A DNA stretch of 25,201 nt from a virus (Duplodnaviria > Caudoviricetes). Position numbers and translations under genes: made by a program. Within the stretch, counting starts at the first letter, position 1; the number at the start of each line of letters is the position of its first letter. This document shows positions 16,100 through 24,185 of the stretch, one piece after another. The stretch is from positions 1 to 25,201 of the IMG/VR virus record IMGVR_UViG_3300009095_000065, one strand, 5' to 3'. Under the pieces are notes generated by a model. It searched no databases, was not told where the DNA came from, and was given only the letters and a program-made list of their open reading frames with translations.

Positions 16100-17780
16100 T
16101 GATCCAGTAACTCAATACGCTGTTAAAGTTGTTAATGGTGAAATAATAGCAAGTGAAAAAAACGTGAAATCATGTCAAAGGCACTTAGATGATTTAGATA
16201 ATCCTAATTTTAAATATCGTTTTGATATAGATAGGGCAAATCATGTTATCGACTTTTTAGAAATGTTGCCAGACCCTAAAAGTGGAAAGCAATTAAAGTT
16301 GGCAGAATTCCAAAAGTTTATTGTTGGTTCAATATACGGTTGGATAGATGAAGATAATTACAGAAGATACACAAAAGCATATCTATCGATGGCAAGGAAA
16401 AATGGAAAAACGCTTGCAATTTCTGGTTTGTCATTATACGAATTAATAATGGGTGAAGACCCAGAAAACGAGAGACTGGTAGGATTGAGTGCTAACAGTA
16501 GAGAACAAGCGGGAATTGCTTATGATATGGCTCTAGCACAAATACAGTCCCTACGTAATTTGTCACCAAGCATTAAGAAAATAACAAAGATAACTGAAAG
16601 TATGAAAGAGATTTCTAACTTATCAGATAGAAGTAAGATTAAAGCTGTTTCAAATGATGCTTCGAATTTAGAGGGTTATCAATTTAGTTACGCTATCATA
16701 GATGAATTCCATGAGGCGAAGAATAAGAAAATGTATGAAACGCTAAGACGTGGACAAGTATTATTAGATAATCCGACATTGATAATTATATCTACTGCTG
16801 GTGATAATCTTAATGGTCCAATGTATGAAGAGTATTTGTATATAGATAAAATTCTTGATGGTGTTTCTCAAAATGATAACTACTTTATATTTTGTGCTGA
16901 ACAAGATAATGAGGAAGAAGTGTTCAATCAGGATATGTGGATAAAGTCCAATCCATTATTTGAAATACCAAATTTAAAGAAAGTATTAACTAAAAACATA
17001 CAACCAGAGGTAAGTGCTGCAATAGATAGTGGCGAAGGATTAAATGGCATATTAATAAAAAACTTTAACATGTGGAGAGCGGCATCTAAAGAGACTTATA
17101 TCGACTTCAACGATTGGCGAAAGAATGAAACTGATTTCGATATCAAAGGTACTAAAGTATATATCGGACTCGACTTATCACGTGCTGACGATTTAACAGC
17201 TTTGTCGTTCATCCATTTAGACGAAGAGAACAGAGAATACTATATTAAAAGCCATTCGTTTGTGGCTACTAAGGGTGGCTTACAAGCGAAGATAGAGCGT
17301 GACCTTATCGACTATAGGCAATTAGAAAAAGACGGATTCTGTACTATCTCTAACCTCTCTAGCGGCATTATCAACACAGACCAAGTATTAGATTACATGG
17401 AAAGTTACATTATAGATAATCAACTTGATGTACAAGCGCTCTGTTATGACCCATACGCTATTCATGGTGTGTTAGCAGAATTAGAGCGTAGAGGATGGCA
17501 AGATGAGTTGTATGAGATTAGACAAGGACCACAAACGTTATCTAATCCAATATCTGATTTTAGACTTAAAACAATCAATGGAAACATCAAGCATGAGAAG
17601 AATCCGTTATTAGATATAGCAGTTAAAAATGCGATAGCCAAGAATGTTAACGATTCGCTTATGATAGAAAAACAGATGAATAGAGAAAAAATAGATCCAT
17701 TAATGGCGACAATATTCGGTTACGTCATCGCAAGTGAACATGAATGGGACGTAGAAACTATTATGCCTTTATTCATATAG
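16086..17780 (+). CDS. terL: Terminase large subunit
   Basis: MARKNGKT, IIDEFHE, ISTAG, GLDLS..DDLTA, KIDPLMA. Confidence 0.96.
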   Translation: MLKSNDPVTQYAVKVVNGEIIASEKNVKSCQRHLDDLDNPNFKYRFDIDRANHVIDFLEMLPDPKSGKQLKLAEFQKFIVGSIYGWIDEDNYRRYTKAYLSMARKNGKTLAISGLSLYELIMGEDPENERLVGLSANSREQAGIAYDMALAQIQSLRNLSPSIKKITKITESMKEISNLSDRSKIKAVSNDASNLEGYQFSYAIIDEFHEAKNKKMYETLRRGQVLLDNPTLIIISTAGDNLNGPMYEEYLYIDKILDGVSQNDNYFIFCAEQDNEEEVFNQDMWIKSNPLFEIPNLKKVLTKNIQPEVSAAIDSGEGLNGILIKNFNMWRAASKETYIDFNDWRKNETDFDIKGTKVYIGLDLSRADDLTALSFIHLDEENREYYIKSHSFVATKGGLQAKIERDLIDYRQLEKDGFCTISNLSSGIINTDQVLDYMESYIIDNQLDVQALCYDPYAIHGVLAELERRGWQDELYEIRQGPQTLSNPISDFRLKTINGNIKHEKNPLLDIAVKNAIAKNVNDSLMIEKQMNREKIDPLMATIFGYVIASEHEWDVETIMPLFI

Positions 17781-17789
17781 GAGGTAAAA

Positions 17790-18542
17790 ATGGAACTAAA
17801 CAAGATATACAATGAGGAATGTTTGGAAGGTATGAAACGTATACCTGATAAATCAGTGGATATGATTTTATGCGATTTGCCTTACGGAACGACAGCGTGT
17901 AAATGGGACGCAATAATACCTTTCGAACCATTGTGGGAACAGTACGAGCGAGTGATAAAGGATAATGGGGCGATTGTTTTAACTGCAAGCCAGCCATTTA
18001 GTAGTACATTAGTCGCTAGTAATTTAAAAAGTTTTAAACACGAATGGATATGGGAAAAAGAGCGTGGTACTGGTTTTCAAGTGGCGAAATATAGACCGAT
18101 GCAAAAACATGAACATATACTTGTGTTTACGAGAAAAGGCGAGAAAGTTAAGTATTATCCAATAAAAACAAAATTAGAGAAACCTTCAAAAAGTAGAAGT
18201 GCAGGAACGGCGAGTGGGTCAAATCCGTTAGCTAAAGTTAATAATTACGAGATTACCTATACAGATAAACACCCTTTGAGTATATTGAAATTTTCAAGAG
18301 ACAATGCTAACAGAGTACACCCAACTCAAAAGCCGGTAGCTTTATTTGAGTACCTAATCAAGACATACACGAATGAGGGTGAAACGGTACTTGACAACTG
18401 CATGGGAAGTGGCACAACAGCGATTGCATGTATCAATACTAATCGTAACTATATAGGGTTTGAGTTAGATGAAGAGTATTACAACTTAGCTAATGAAAGA
18501 ATATCAAAAACATTAAAGGATGAAAATTTAGCAACTTGTTAA
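17790..18542 (+). CDS. Orphan N6/N4 DNA methyltransferase (beta class)
   Basis: Motif IV DLPY near the N-terminus, HPTQKP, motif I VLDNCMGSGTT. Confidence 0.92.
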   Translation: MELNKIYNEECLEGMKRIPDKSVDMILCDLPYGTTACKWDAIIPFEPLWEQYERVIKDNGAIVLTASQPFSSTLVASNLKSFKHEWIWEKERGTGFQVAKYRPMQKHEHILVFTRKGEKVKYYPIKTKLEKPSKSRSAGTASGSNPLAKVNNYEITYTDKHPLSILKFSRDNANRVHPTQKPVALFEYLIKTYTNEGETVLDNCMGSGTTAIACINTNRNYIGFELDEEYYNLANERISKTLKDENLATC

Positions 18543-18564
18543 ATGTACTTCAGGAGGTGTTTGT

Positions 18565-18738
18565 TTGAAAATAGTATACGCACTGATAGTTTTATTACTA
18601 TTTGTAGTAGGGTTTGCCTCCTTATTCTATGGACTTTACCTATTTGCGCCGCCTTTGGCCTATGTGATTGGTGGCGTATTAATACTTGTCGTGGCTTATA
18701 TATTGAATGAAGCCTATGACAATACAGAAGGGAGGTAA
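18565..18738 (+). CDS. 57-aa two-TM pre-portal membrane protein (not in ORF track)
   Basis: RBS AGGAGG, TTG start: MKIVYALIVLLLFVVGFASLFYGLYLFAPPLAYVIGGVLILVVAYILNEAYDNTEGR. Confidence 0.7.
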   Translation: MKIVYALIVLLLFVVGFASLFYGLYLFAPPLAYVIGGVLILVVAYILNEAYDNTEGR

Positions 18739-18745
18739 ACAATAA

Positions 18746-19993
18746 ATGGCATTATTTGATTTAGGTTTAGGTGGCAACAAAGATAAGATACACAAAGACT
18801 TGGAAAACTTATTGTATATGCAAGAGCATGGCATACATTCCTCATATACAGGCATTAGGGCGCTCAAGAACAGCGATATTTTCACAGCAGTACGTATTAT
18901 ATCAGCAGACGTTGCAAGCACTAAAATAGGTACTAAAGGGCATGATAAGCACCCTATTATCCAAGATGTGTTGAAGTTGTTTAATCGTGGACCATATGGC
19001 GATTTACCAGGTTGGCACTTTAAATTCATCATCATAGCTAACATGTTGTTAAATGGTTCGTCTTATGTAGAAATAGTTCGAGATAAAAAAGGTATTCCTG
19101 AAATTCTACACTTCTTACACAATGATCTAGTAAGCATTGAAGAACGAGACGGTGAAATACTTTATAACGTTACACAGGACTACAAAGGACAACATGCAAA
19201 GATAACAAGTGATGATGTACTGCACTTTAGATATATGACATTAGATGGATATATCGGTTATTCGCCACTTTACGCATTGTCTAATGAGGTTGGCATTTCA
19301 CAAGGTAGTAAAAAGTTCTTACGTGATTTCTTTGATAATGGAGGTACGTCAACTTCGGTGTTGAAGTATCGTAAAGGTCAAATTAACGAAGAGCAATTGA
19401 AACAAATGAAAGACAACTTCAGTAATAGTCAATTGAAAAATAATGGTGGCTTAGTGGCTATTGATGACACGATGGACTTTAGCAGATTGCAAATACCTGT
19501 TGAGGTCCTTAATTTTTTAAACTCTTACAAATTCAGTACATCGCAAGTCGCTAAAGCATTTGGCTTGCCTTTGAGTAAATTAGGTATCGAAACAGTTAAT
19601 ACATCTATTACGCAAGCAAACCTCGAATACTTACAGAGTACATTACAGCCAATATTCGAAATGATGACTGCCGAACTTCAAACTAAGATATTCAAATATA
19701 TTGATGATGATTATGAATTAGAGTTTGACGCTTCGAGATTAGTTGATATTGACCCAGAGCTAAGATTAACACGTACAACTGAATTGTCATCAAAAGGCAT
19801 TATATCTATTAATGAAGCTAGAAGTACTTTCGGTTATGAACCTATTGAAAACGGTGAAGAGCCATTGGCAGACCTCAATAAAGCACCTTTATCAACGCTT
19901 CAAGATTATCAAGGAGCTAAGATACAGAAAGCTTTAAGTGGCAATGAACAAGCTAACAGCGACTTAATTAAAGGAGGTGAGGCTGATGAGTAA
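18746..19993 (+). CDS. HK97-family portal protein
   Basis: NSDIFTAVRII, LLNGSSY, VLHFR...GYSPL, VAKAFGLP, INEAR. Confidence 0.95.
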   Translation: MALFDLGLGGNKDKIHKDLENLLYMQEHGIHSSYTGIRALKNSDIFTAVRIISADVASTKIGTKGHDKHPIIQDVLKLFNRGPYGDLPGWHFKFIIIANMLLNGSSYVEIVRDKKGIPEILHFLHNDLVSIEERDGEILYNVTQDYKGQHAKITSDDVLHFRYMTLDGYIGYSPLYALSNEVGISQGSKKFLRDFFDNGGTSTSVLKYRKGQINEEQLKQMKDNFSNSQLKNNGGLVAIDDTMDFSRLQIPVEVLNFLNSYKFSTSQVAKAFGLPLSKLGIETVNTSITQANLEYLQSTLQPIFEMMTAELQTKIFKYIDDDYELEFDASRLVDIDPELRLTRTTELSSKGIISINEARSTFGYEPIENGEEPLADLNKAPLSTLQDYQGAKIQKALSGNEQANSDLIKGGEADE

Positions 19994-20540
19994 CAGTAGC
20001 GTTGATACTGCACAAGAAATGGTTATCGAGGGTTATGCAATATTATTCAATACACTTAGTGATGACTTAGGGGGATTTAAAGAAATTATTTCACCAGATG
20101 CGTTAAATGGGGTTGATATAAGCGACGTTAAATGTTTAATCAATCATGATTTCAATTACGTAATAGGACGCACGCAAGCTGAAACGTTAGAACTTGGCGT
20201 AGATGAAAAAGGGTTATGGTTTAAATGTCATTTACCTAATACAAGCTATGCTCGAGACATATACGAAAACATAAAAGCTGGCAACGTGAACCAATGTAGT
20301 TTCTTCTACACCTTGCCACCTAAAGATGACAACGCGATTTCTTGGTCAAATGAGAATGGTGAATACGTGCAAACGGTAAACCAAATAGATCAATTAATTG
20401 AAGTGAGTGTTGTGACTGTACCTGCATACAAAGAGACCAATGTTGCAGTAGGTCAACGCGCGAAGGAATTTGAAAGATTTAAAGAACTACAAACATTGAA
20501 AATACAGTTAGATATTGAACGCCTACGTTTTGAAACGTAA
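19977..20540 (+). CDS. HK97-family prohead protease
   Basis: IEGYAILFN, LINHD...IGRT, EVSVVTVPAY; start probably 19986. Confidence 0.93.
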   Translation: MRLMSNSSVDTAQEMVIEGYAILFNTLSDDLGGFKEIISPDALNGVDISDVKCLINHDFNYVIGRTQAETLELGVDEKGLWFKCHLPNTSYARDIYENIKAGNVNQCSFFYTLPPKDDNAISWSNENGEYVQTVNQIDQLIEVSVVTVPAYKETNVAVGQRAKEFERFKELQTLKIQLDIERLRFET

Positions 20541-20550
20541 GGCTATTTTT
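20521..20550 (+). terminator. Terminator-like hairpin over the protease stop
   Basis: GCCTACGTT-TTGA-AACGT(A)AGGC then TATTTTTT. Confidence 0.45.
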
Positions 20551-20580
20551 TATATCTAAATTTAAGAAAGGAGCTATACA

Positions 20581-21900
20581 ATGGCTAATCTTGAAGAACG
20601 TAAAAAACATATTCAAGAGCTTATCGATAAAGCAGAAGATGCTATCGAAAAGGGCGATCTTGAAGCAGCAAGACAGTTAAAAAGTGATATTGAGTCACAA
20701 AAGAAAGAGTACGAAGAATTATCAGCTTTAAAAGAAGAAGTAGCAAGCCACAAACCAGCAGAACCTGAAACGGAGGCTGAGGAAGTGGACGAGGAAGTTG
20801 ATAACGAAGAGGATGCAGTAAAGGAAGAGGAAAAGCCTGAAGCTGATGAACCTAAGTTAAACGAACCTCAAAAAGAAACAGAAGAAGAACAAGAAGTCGC
20901 AATTCAAGAAGAGGGCGAAGATGCAGTTGTAAACGCTGAAAAACTTGAAGATGACGAAGAAGAAAAGAAAAAGAAAAAGGGAGCGAAACGAGATATGGCG
21001 AAAATTTTAAATAACGAAGTAGAAACAAACGAGAGAGTAGAAGGTTTTGCCGATTTTATTAAAACGAAAGGTGCTAAGCGTGACAACGTTATATCAGATG
21101 ATGTTGGTGTAACGATTCCAGAAGATATTAAATATGCACCAGAGAAAGAAGTAAACACAGTACAAGACTTATCACAATATGTAACTAAAACATCAGTTAA
21201 AACAGCATCAGGTAAGCATCCTATCTTGAAACGTGCTACTGCTAAATTCAATACAGTTGAAGAATTAGAGCAAAACCCAGAACTTGCTAAACCTGAATTC
21301 GAGACAGTAAGTTGGGAAGTAAACACTTATTGTGGTGCTATTCCAGTATCAGAAGAATCAATCGCAGACAGTGCTATTAATTTAACTGCTTTAATTGCTG
21401 AAAACATTCAAGAACAAAAAGTAAATACTCTAAATGAAAAAATTGGTAACGTTTTAAAATCATTTACTGCTAAAGAAGTATCTGACGTAGACGAATTAAA
21501 ACATATCATCAACGTTGATTTAGACCCTGGATATGACCGTCAAATCGTATGTACTCAATCATTCTATCAAGCATTAGACACTATCAAAGATAGTAACGGT
21601 CGTTACTACTTAAATGATTCAATCATTAACACGTCTGGACTTAAATTACTAGGCATGAACGTAACGGTAGTACGTGATGACTTATTAGGTGAAAACGGAG
21701 ATGCTAAAGCATTCGTTGGAGATTTAAAACGTGGTGTATTCTTCGCTGACCGTTCAGACCTTTCTGTAACTTGGCAAGACCACAACATCTACGGTCGTTT
21801 CTTAATGGGTGCGTTCCGTTTCGATGTTAAGCAAGCAGACGAAAATGCAGGTTACTTCATCACTTTCAATAATGACGCAGAAGAACCAGATACTCCCTAA
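20581..21900 (+). CDS. HK97-fold major capsid protein with N-terminal scaffold/delta domain
   Basis: Coiled-coil and acidic N-terminus; G.TIPEDI, IKDSNGRYYL, AFVGDL, RFDVKQAD. Confidence 0.95.
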   Translation: MANLEERKKHIQELIDKAEDAIEKGDLEAARQLKSDIESQKKEYEELSALKEEVASHKPAEPETEAEEVDEEVDNEEDAVKEEEKPEADEPKLNEPQKETEEEQEVAIQEEGEDAVVNAEKLEDDEEEKKKKKGAKRDMAKILNNEVETNERVEGFADFIKTKGAKRDNVISDDVGVTIPEDIKYAPEKEVNTVQDLSQYVTKTSVKTASGKHPILKRATAKFNTVEELEQNPELAKPEFETVSWEVNTYCGAIPVSEESIADSAINLTALIAENIQEQKVNTLNEKIGNVLKSFTAKEVSDVDELKHIINVDLDPGYDRQIVCTQSFYQALDTIKDSNGRYYLNDSIINTSGLKLLGMNVTVVRDDLLGENGDAKAFVGDLKRGVFFADRSDLSVTWQDHNIYGRFLMGAFRFDVKQADENAGYFITFNNDAEEPDTP

Positions 21901-21961
21901 GCCACCCCGAAACGTTGAGGTAACAGCTAATGCTAAATCTGTTGTTATCTCTGCGGAATAG
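21896..21961 (+). CDS. Predicted +1 frameshift extension of capsid: KPPRNVEVTANAKSVVISAE
   Basis: CCC-TAA shifty stop; the +1 frame CCT AAG ... GAA TAG is open for 20 added codons and is homologous to the tail extension. Confidence 0.75.
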   Translation, partial: PKPPRNVEVTANAKSVVISAE

Positions 21962-21972
21962 GGGGGTATTCA

Positions 21973-22317
21973 ATGTTTAAACTAGATGACATTGAATCAA
22001 TCAAACGTGCAATTAGAGTTGACCATAACTTAGATGATGATTTAATTCTAAATGTGTATCTACCTGCTGCACAACGACAAATTAAGACAGCTATAACATT
22101 AGATGAAAAGGATGACAGTTTCTTTGAAAGTAATTCAGTCTATAACTTAGCTGTTTTAAATACGTTGGCTCATCACTATGACAATCGTTCGTCTACAACT
22201 GATACACCTAAGCAAGAAGTACCTTTATCATCATTAACGTTAATCCAAGCGTTACGTGGTGATTTAGAGAAATGGCGTGCAGAGAATGTGGAGGTTGATA
22301 CTGATGGACTTGAATAA
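21973..22317 (+). CDS. Head-tail connector (gp6/gp15-like)
   Basis: IKRAIRVDH..DDDLI, LAVL...HHYDNRS. Confidence 0.88.
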   Translation: MFKLDDIESIKRAIRVDHNLDDDLILNVYLPAAQRQIKTAITLDEKDDSFFESNSVYNLAVLNTLAHHYDNRSSTTDTPKQEVPLSSLTLIQALRGDLEKWRAENVEVDTDGLE

Positions 22318-22633
22318 TCTTAATTGGTATATCGAGTTTTTAGAAGTAAAGCCTACAGGTCCAGAAGCAGGAATGAACGGAGAAGTTAAAGTTTATTCTT
22401 GCTTTGCCGACTTGTACGAGCCAACACAAAAAGATGTGCAGCTAGGTAATTTAGAAACAACTAACAATTCAGTAACAATTAAAATTCGAAATGCTCATCC
22501 ACAATTTACGCCGAGTGTTAGCCAAGTTTTCGTTGTTAAAAATGGTATATACAAAGATATGAAATTTAATATCAAAAATGTAGCGCCATCTAAAACACCT
22601 GACTATTTAAAAGTAGTAGGTGAGGAACAATGA
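22277..22633 (+). CDS. Head closure / head-tail adaptor
   Basis: Position and beta-rich size class; start probably 22304. Confidence 0.7.
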   Translation: MQRMWRLILMDLNNLNWYIEFLEVKPTGPEAGMNGEVKVYSCFADLYEPTQKDVQLGNLETTNNSVTIKIRNAHPQFTPSVSQVFVVKNGIYKDMKFNIKNVAPSKTPDYLKVVGEEQ

Positions 22634-23034
22634 GTGTAAAAGTAAATGGGAATAAAGAAATACTGGCTTATATTGAAAAGAAGTATGGCACTGCTGGTAG
22701 AAAGAAGATGGAATCAGCAGCTATCACTAAAGGTGGTAATGTACTTGAAAACAATATGAAAGATGCGTTTTATCCATATAGAGATACTGGTTATACAGTG
22801 TCGGATATGAACCTATATGGACCAAACAAAAAGACGGGTTCTAATAGAGCTAAATTAAACTGGCAAGGTCCTCATCAACGTTATAAACTTATGCACTTAA
22901 ACGAATATGGCCACTTTATGCGTAATGGTAAATTTTTAAGCCCACGTCAAACTGGACTAATAGAAAATACTACAAGAGCATCGAGAGACAGTTACAGAAA
23001 AGCTATCAAAGAAGAACTAGAAAAGAGGGTGTAG
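22630..23034 (+). CDS. HK97 gp10-like neck protein
   Basis: RDTG...HLNEYGH motif. Confidence 0.75.
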   Translation: MSVKVNGNKEILAYIEKKYGTAGRKKMESAAITKGGNVLENNMKDAFYPYRDTGYTVSDMNLYGPNKKTGSNRAKLNWQGPHQRYKLMHLNEYGHFMRNGKFLSPRQTGLIENTTRASRDSYRKAIKEELEKRV

Positions 23035-23036
23035 CG

Positions 23037-23441
23037 ATGGAAGATATGACAATCAAAATTTATGAAGCGATTAAAAATAATAAAGAATTTATGAGTCATG
23101 TTAACGAAAGTGATATAAAATTCTTTGATTATCCAAACGCACAAGAAATAAAAAACATAGCTGTTGTTATTGATCCATTAGATACACCTAAACCTCGAAA
23201 CTTTGGCGATAACGATAACTTAATGTACGAATATCTATATCAAATAGATGTATTTGTAAAACAAAAGAATGGCGTAAACGGACGAGTCCTATCAGATAGG
23301 CTCGTTTTTTTATTGCAAAGAATTATGTGGGAGGAATTGGGGTTCGGTGAAACGTCCTCAATGAAACCTGAATATATCAAAGATTTCAATTTATACCGAC
23401 AAGCTAAAAGGTTTGAAGGAAAACAATATTACAAAATTTAG
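23037..23441 (+). CDS. Tail terminator / completion protein
   Basis: YQIDVF motif; position before the tail tube gene. Confidence 0.7.
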   Translation: MEDMTIKIYEAIKNNKEFMSHVNESDIKFFDYPNAQEIKNIAVVIDPLDTPKPRNFGDNDNLMYEYLYQIDVFVKQKNGVNGRVLSDRLVFLLQRIMWEELGFGETSSMKPEYIKDFNLYRQAKRFEGKQYYKI

Positions 23442-23453
23442 GAGTGTTTATAT

Positions 23454-24053
23454 ATGGCAGAGAAAAATTACCGTTCATTCACAGGTTTAACAGAATTTTA
23501 TTACAAAGTGCATGGTGGAGAAGTACAAGCAGTAACAGACCCAGAACGTATCAAGTATTTACAAAGTATTTCAGTATCAAAAGACCAATCAATCGAGAAA
23601 GCATACGGAGATAACGTAGTAGCTGAAATGGCAGTAGCTAACGGTACAATCGAAGTAGAGGCTGGATTCCACAAACTACCTTTAGAGGACAGAGTGGCTT
23701 TATTTGGCTTAGAAAAATCAGAAGATGGTATTGTATCAGTTGGTAACGATACGCCTCCATACGTAGCTGTTATGTTCGCTAAAACTATGGAAGATGGTTC
23801 ACGTGAATATGTTGGGTTGCCTAAAGGGTTATTCACATTCCCAGAACTTGAAGGCAACACTAAAGAAGATGGCGTTGAATTTAGTTCAGACTCAACTACT
23901 GCAGAATTTATGCAAGCTGAGGTTAAAGGCTTTGAAGAAGAAAAAACAATGTTACTTGGTCACGATGAAAAAGGCGCTACAGTTATGAAAGATGCAATCT
24001 GGGAAGCAGTATTTGGAAAAAGTACAGAAGATGAAGAACCAGATACTCCCTAA
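23454..24053 (+). CDS. Major tail (tube) protein, phi13-like family
   Basis: KAYGDN, PPYVAVMF, GLPKGLF, TKEDGVEFS. Confidence 0.9.
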   Translation: MAEKNYRSFTGLTEFYYKVHGGEVQAVTDPERIKYLQSISVSKDQSIEKAYGDNVVAEMAVANGTIEVEAGFHKLPLEDRVALFGLEKSEDGIVSVGNDTPPYVAVMFAKTMEDGSREYVGLPKGLFTFPELEGNTKEDGVEFSSDSTTAEFMQAEVKGFEEEKTMLLGHDEKGATVMKDAIWEAVFGKSTEDEEPDTP

Positions 24054-24114
24054 GACACCCCAAAATGTAGTGGTGGATCCTGATGCTAATTCGGTATCTA
24101 TTACTGCAGAATAG
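24049..24114 (+). CDS. Predicted +1 frameshift extension of tail tube: KTPQNVVVDPDANSVSITAE
   Basis: Same CCC-TAA cassette as the capsid; 20 added codons ending GAA TAG. Confidence 0.75.
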   Translation, partial: PKTPQNVVVDPDANSVSITAE

Positions 24115-24128
24115 GGGCGCTCATTAAA

Positions 24129-24173
24129 TTATCAAATTATAGCTTATCAAATTATAGATTATTAAATTATAAA
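24129..24173. repeat. Three 15-bp tandem repeats
   Basis: TTATCAAATTATAGC TTATCAAATTATAGA TTATTAAATTATAAA, running into RBS AAAGGAG. Confidence 0.7.
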
Positions 24174-24185
24174 GGAGTAAATATA

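Noticed and set aside
17872-17886. DLPY instead of DPPY as a sign of a dead methyltransferase
   Set aside because: DLPY is a common variant in this phage MTase family; not evidence of inactivation.
21328-21336. Capsid TYCG where TYRG might be expected (TGT versus CGT)
   Set aside because: A single substitution that cannot be judged without an alignment.
20904-23988. Antisense or alternate-frame ORFs over capsid and tail genes (20904-21326, 21606-21788, 23501-23860, 23794-23988)
   Set aside because: They fully overlap well-supported genes and have no recognisable motifs. The same applies to similar shadows at 1320, 1600, 4140, 4165, 5363, 7255, 7840, 13182, 17773 and 18679.
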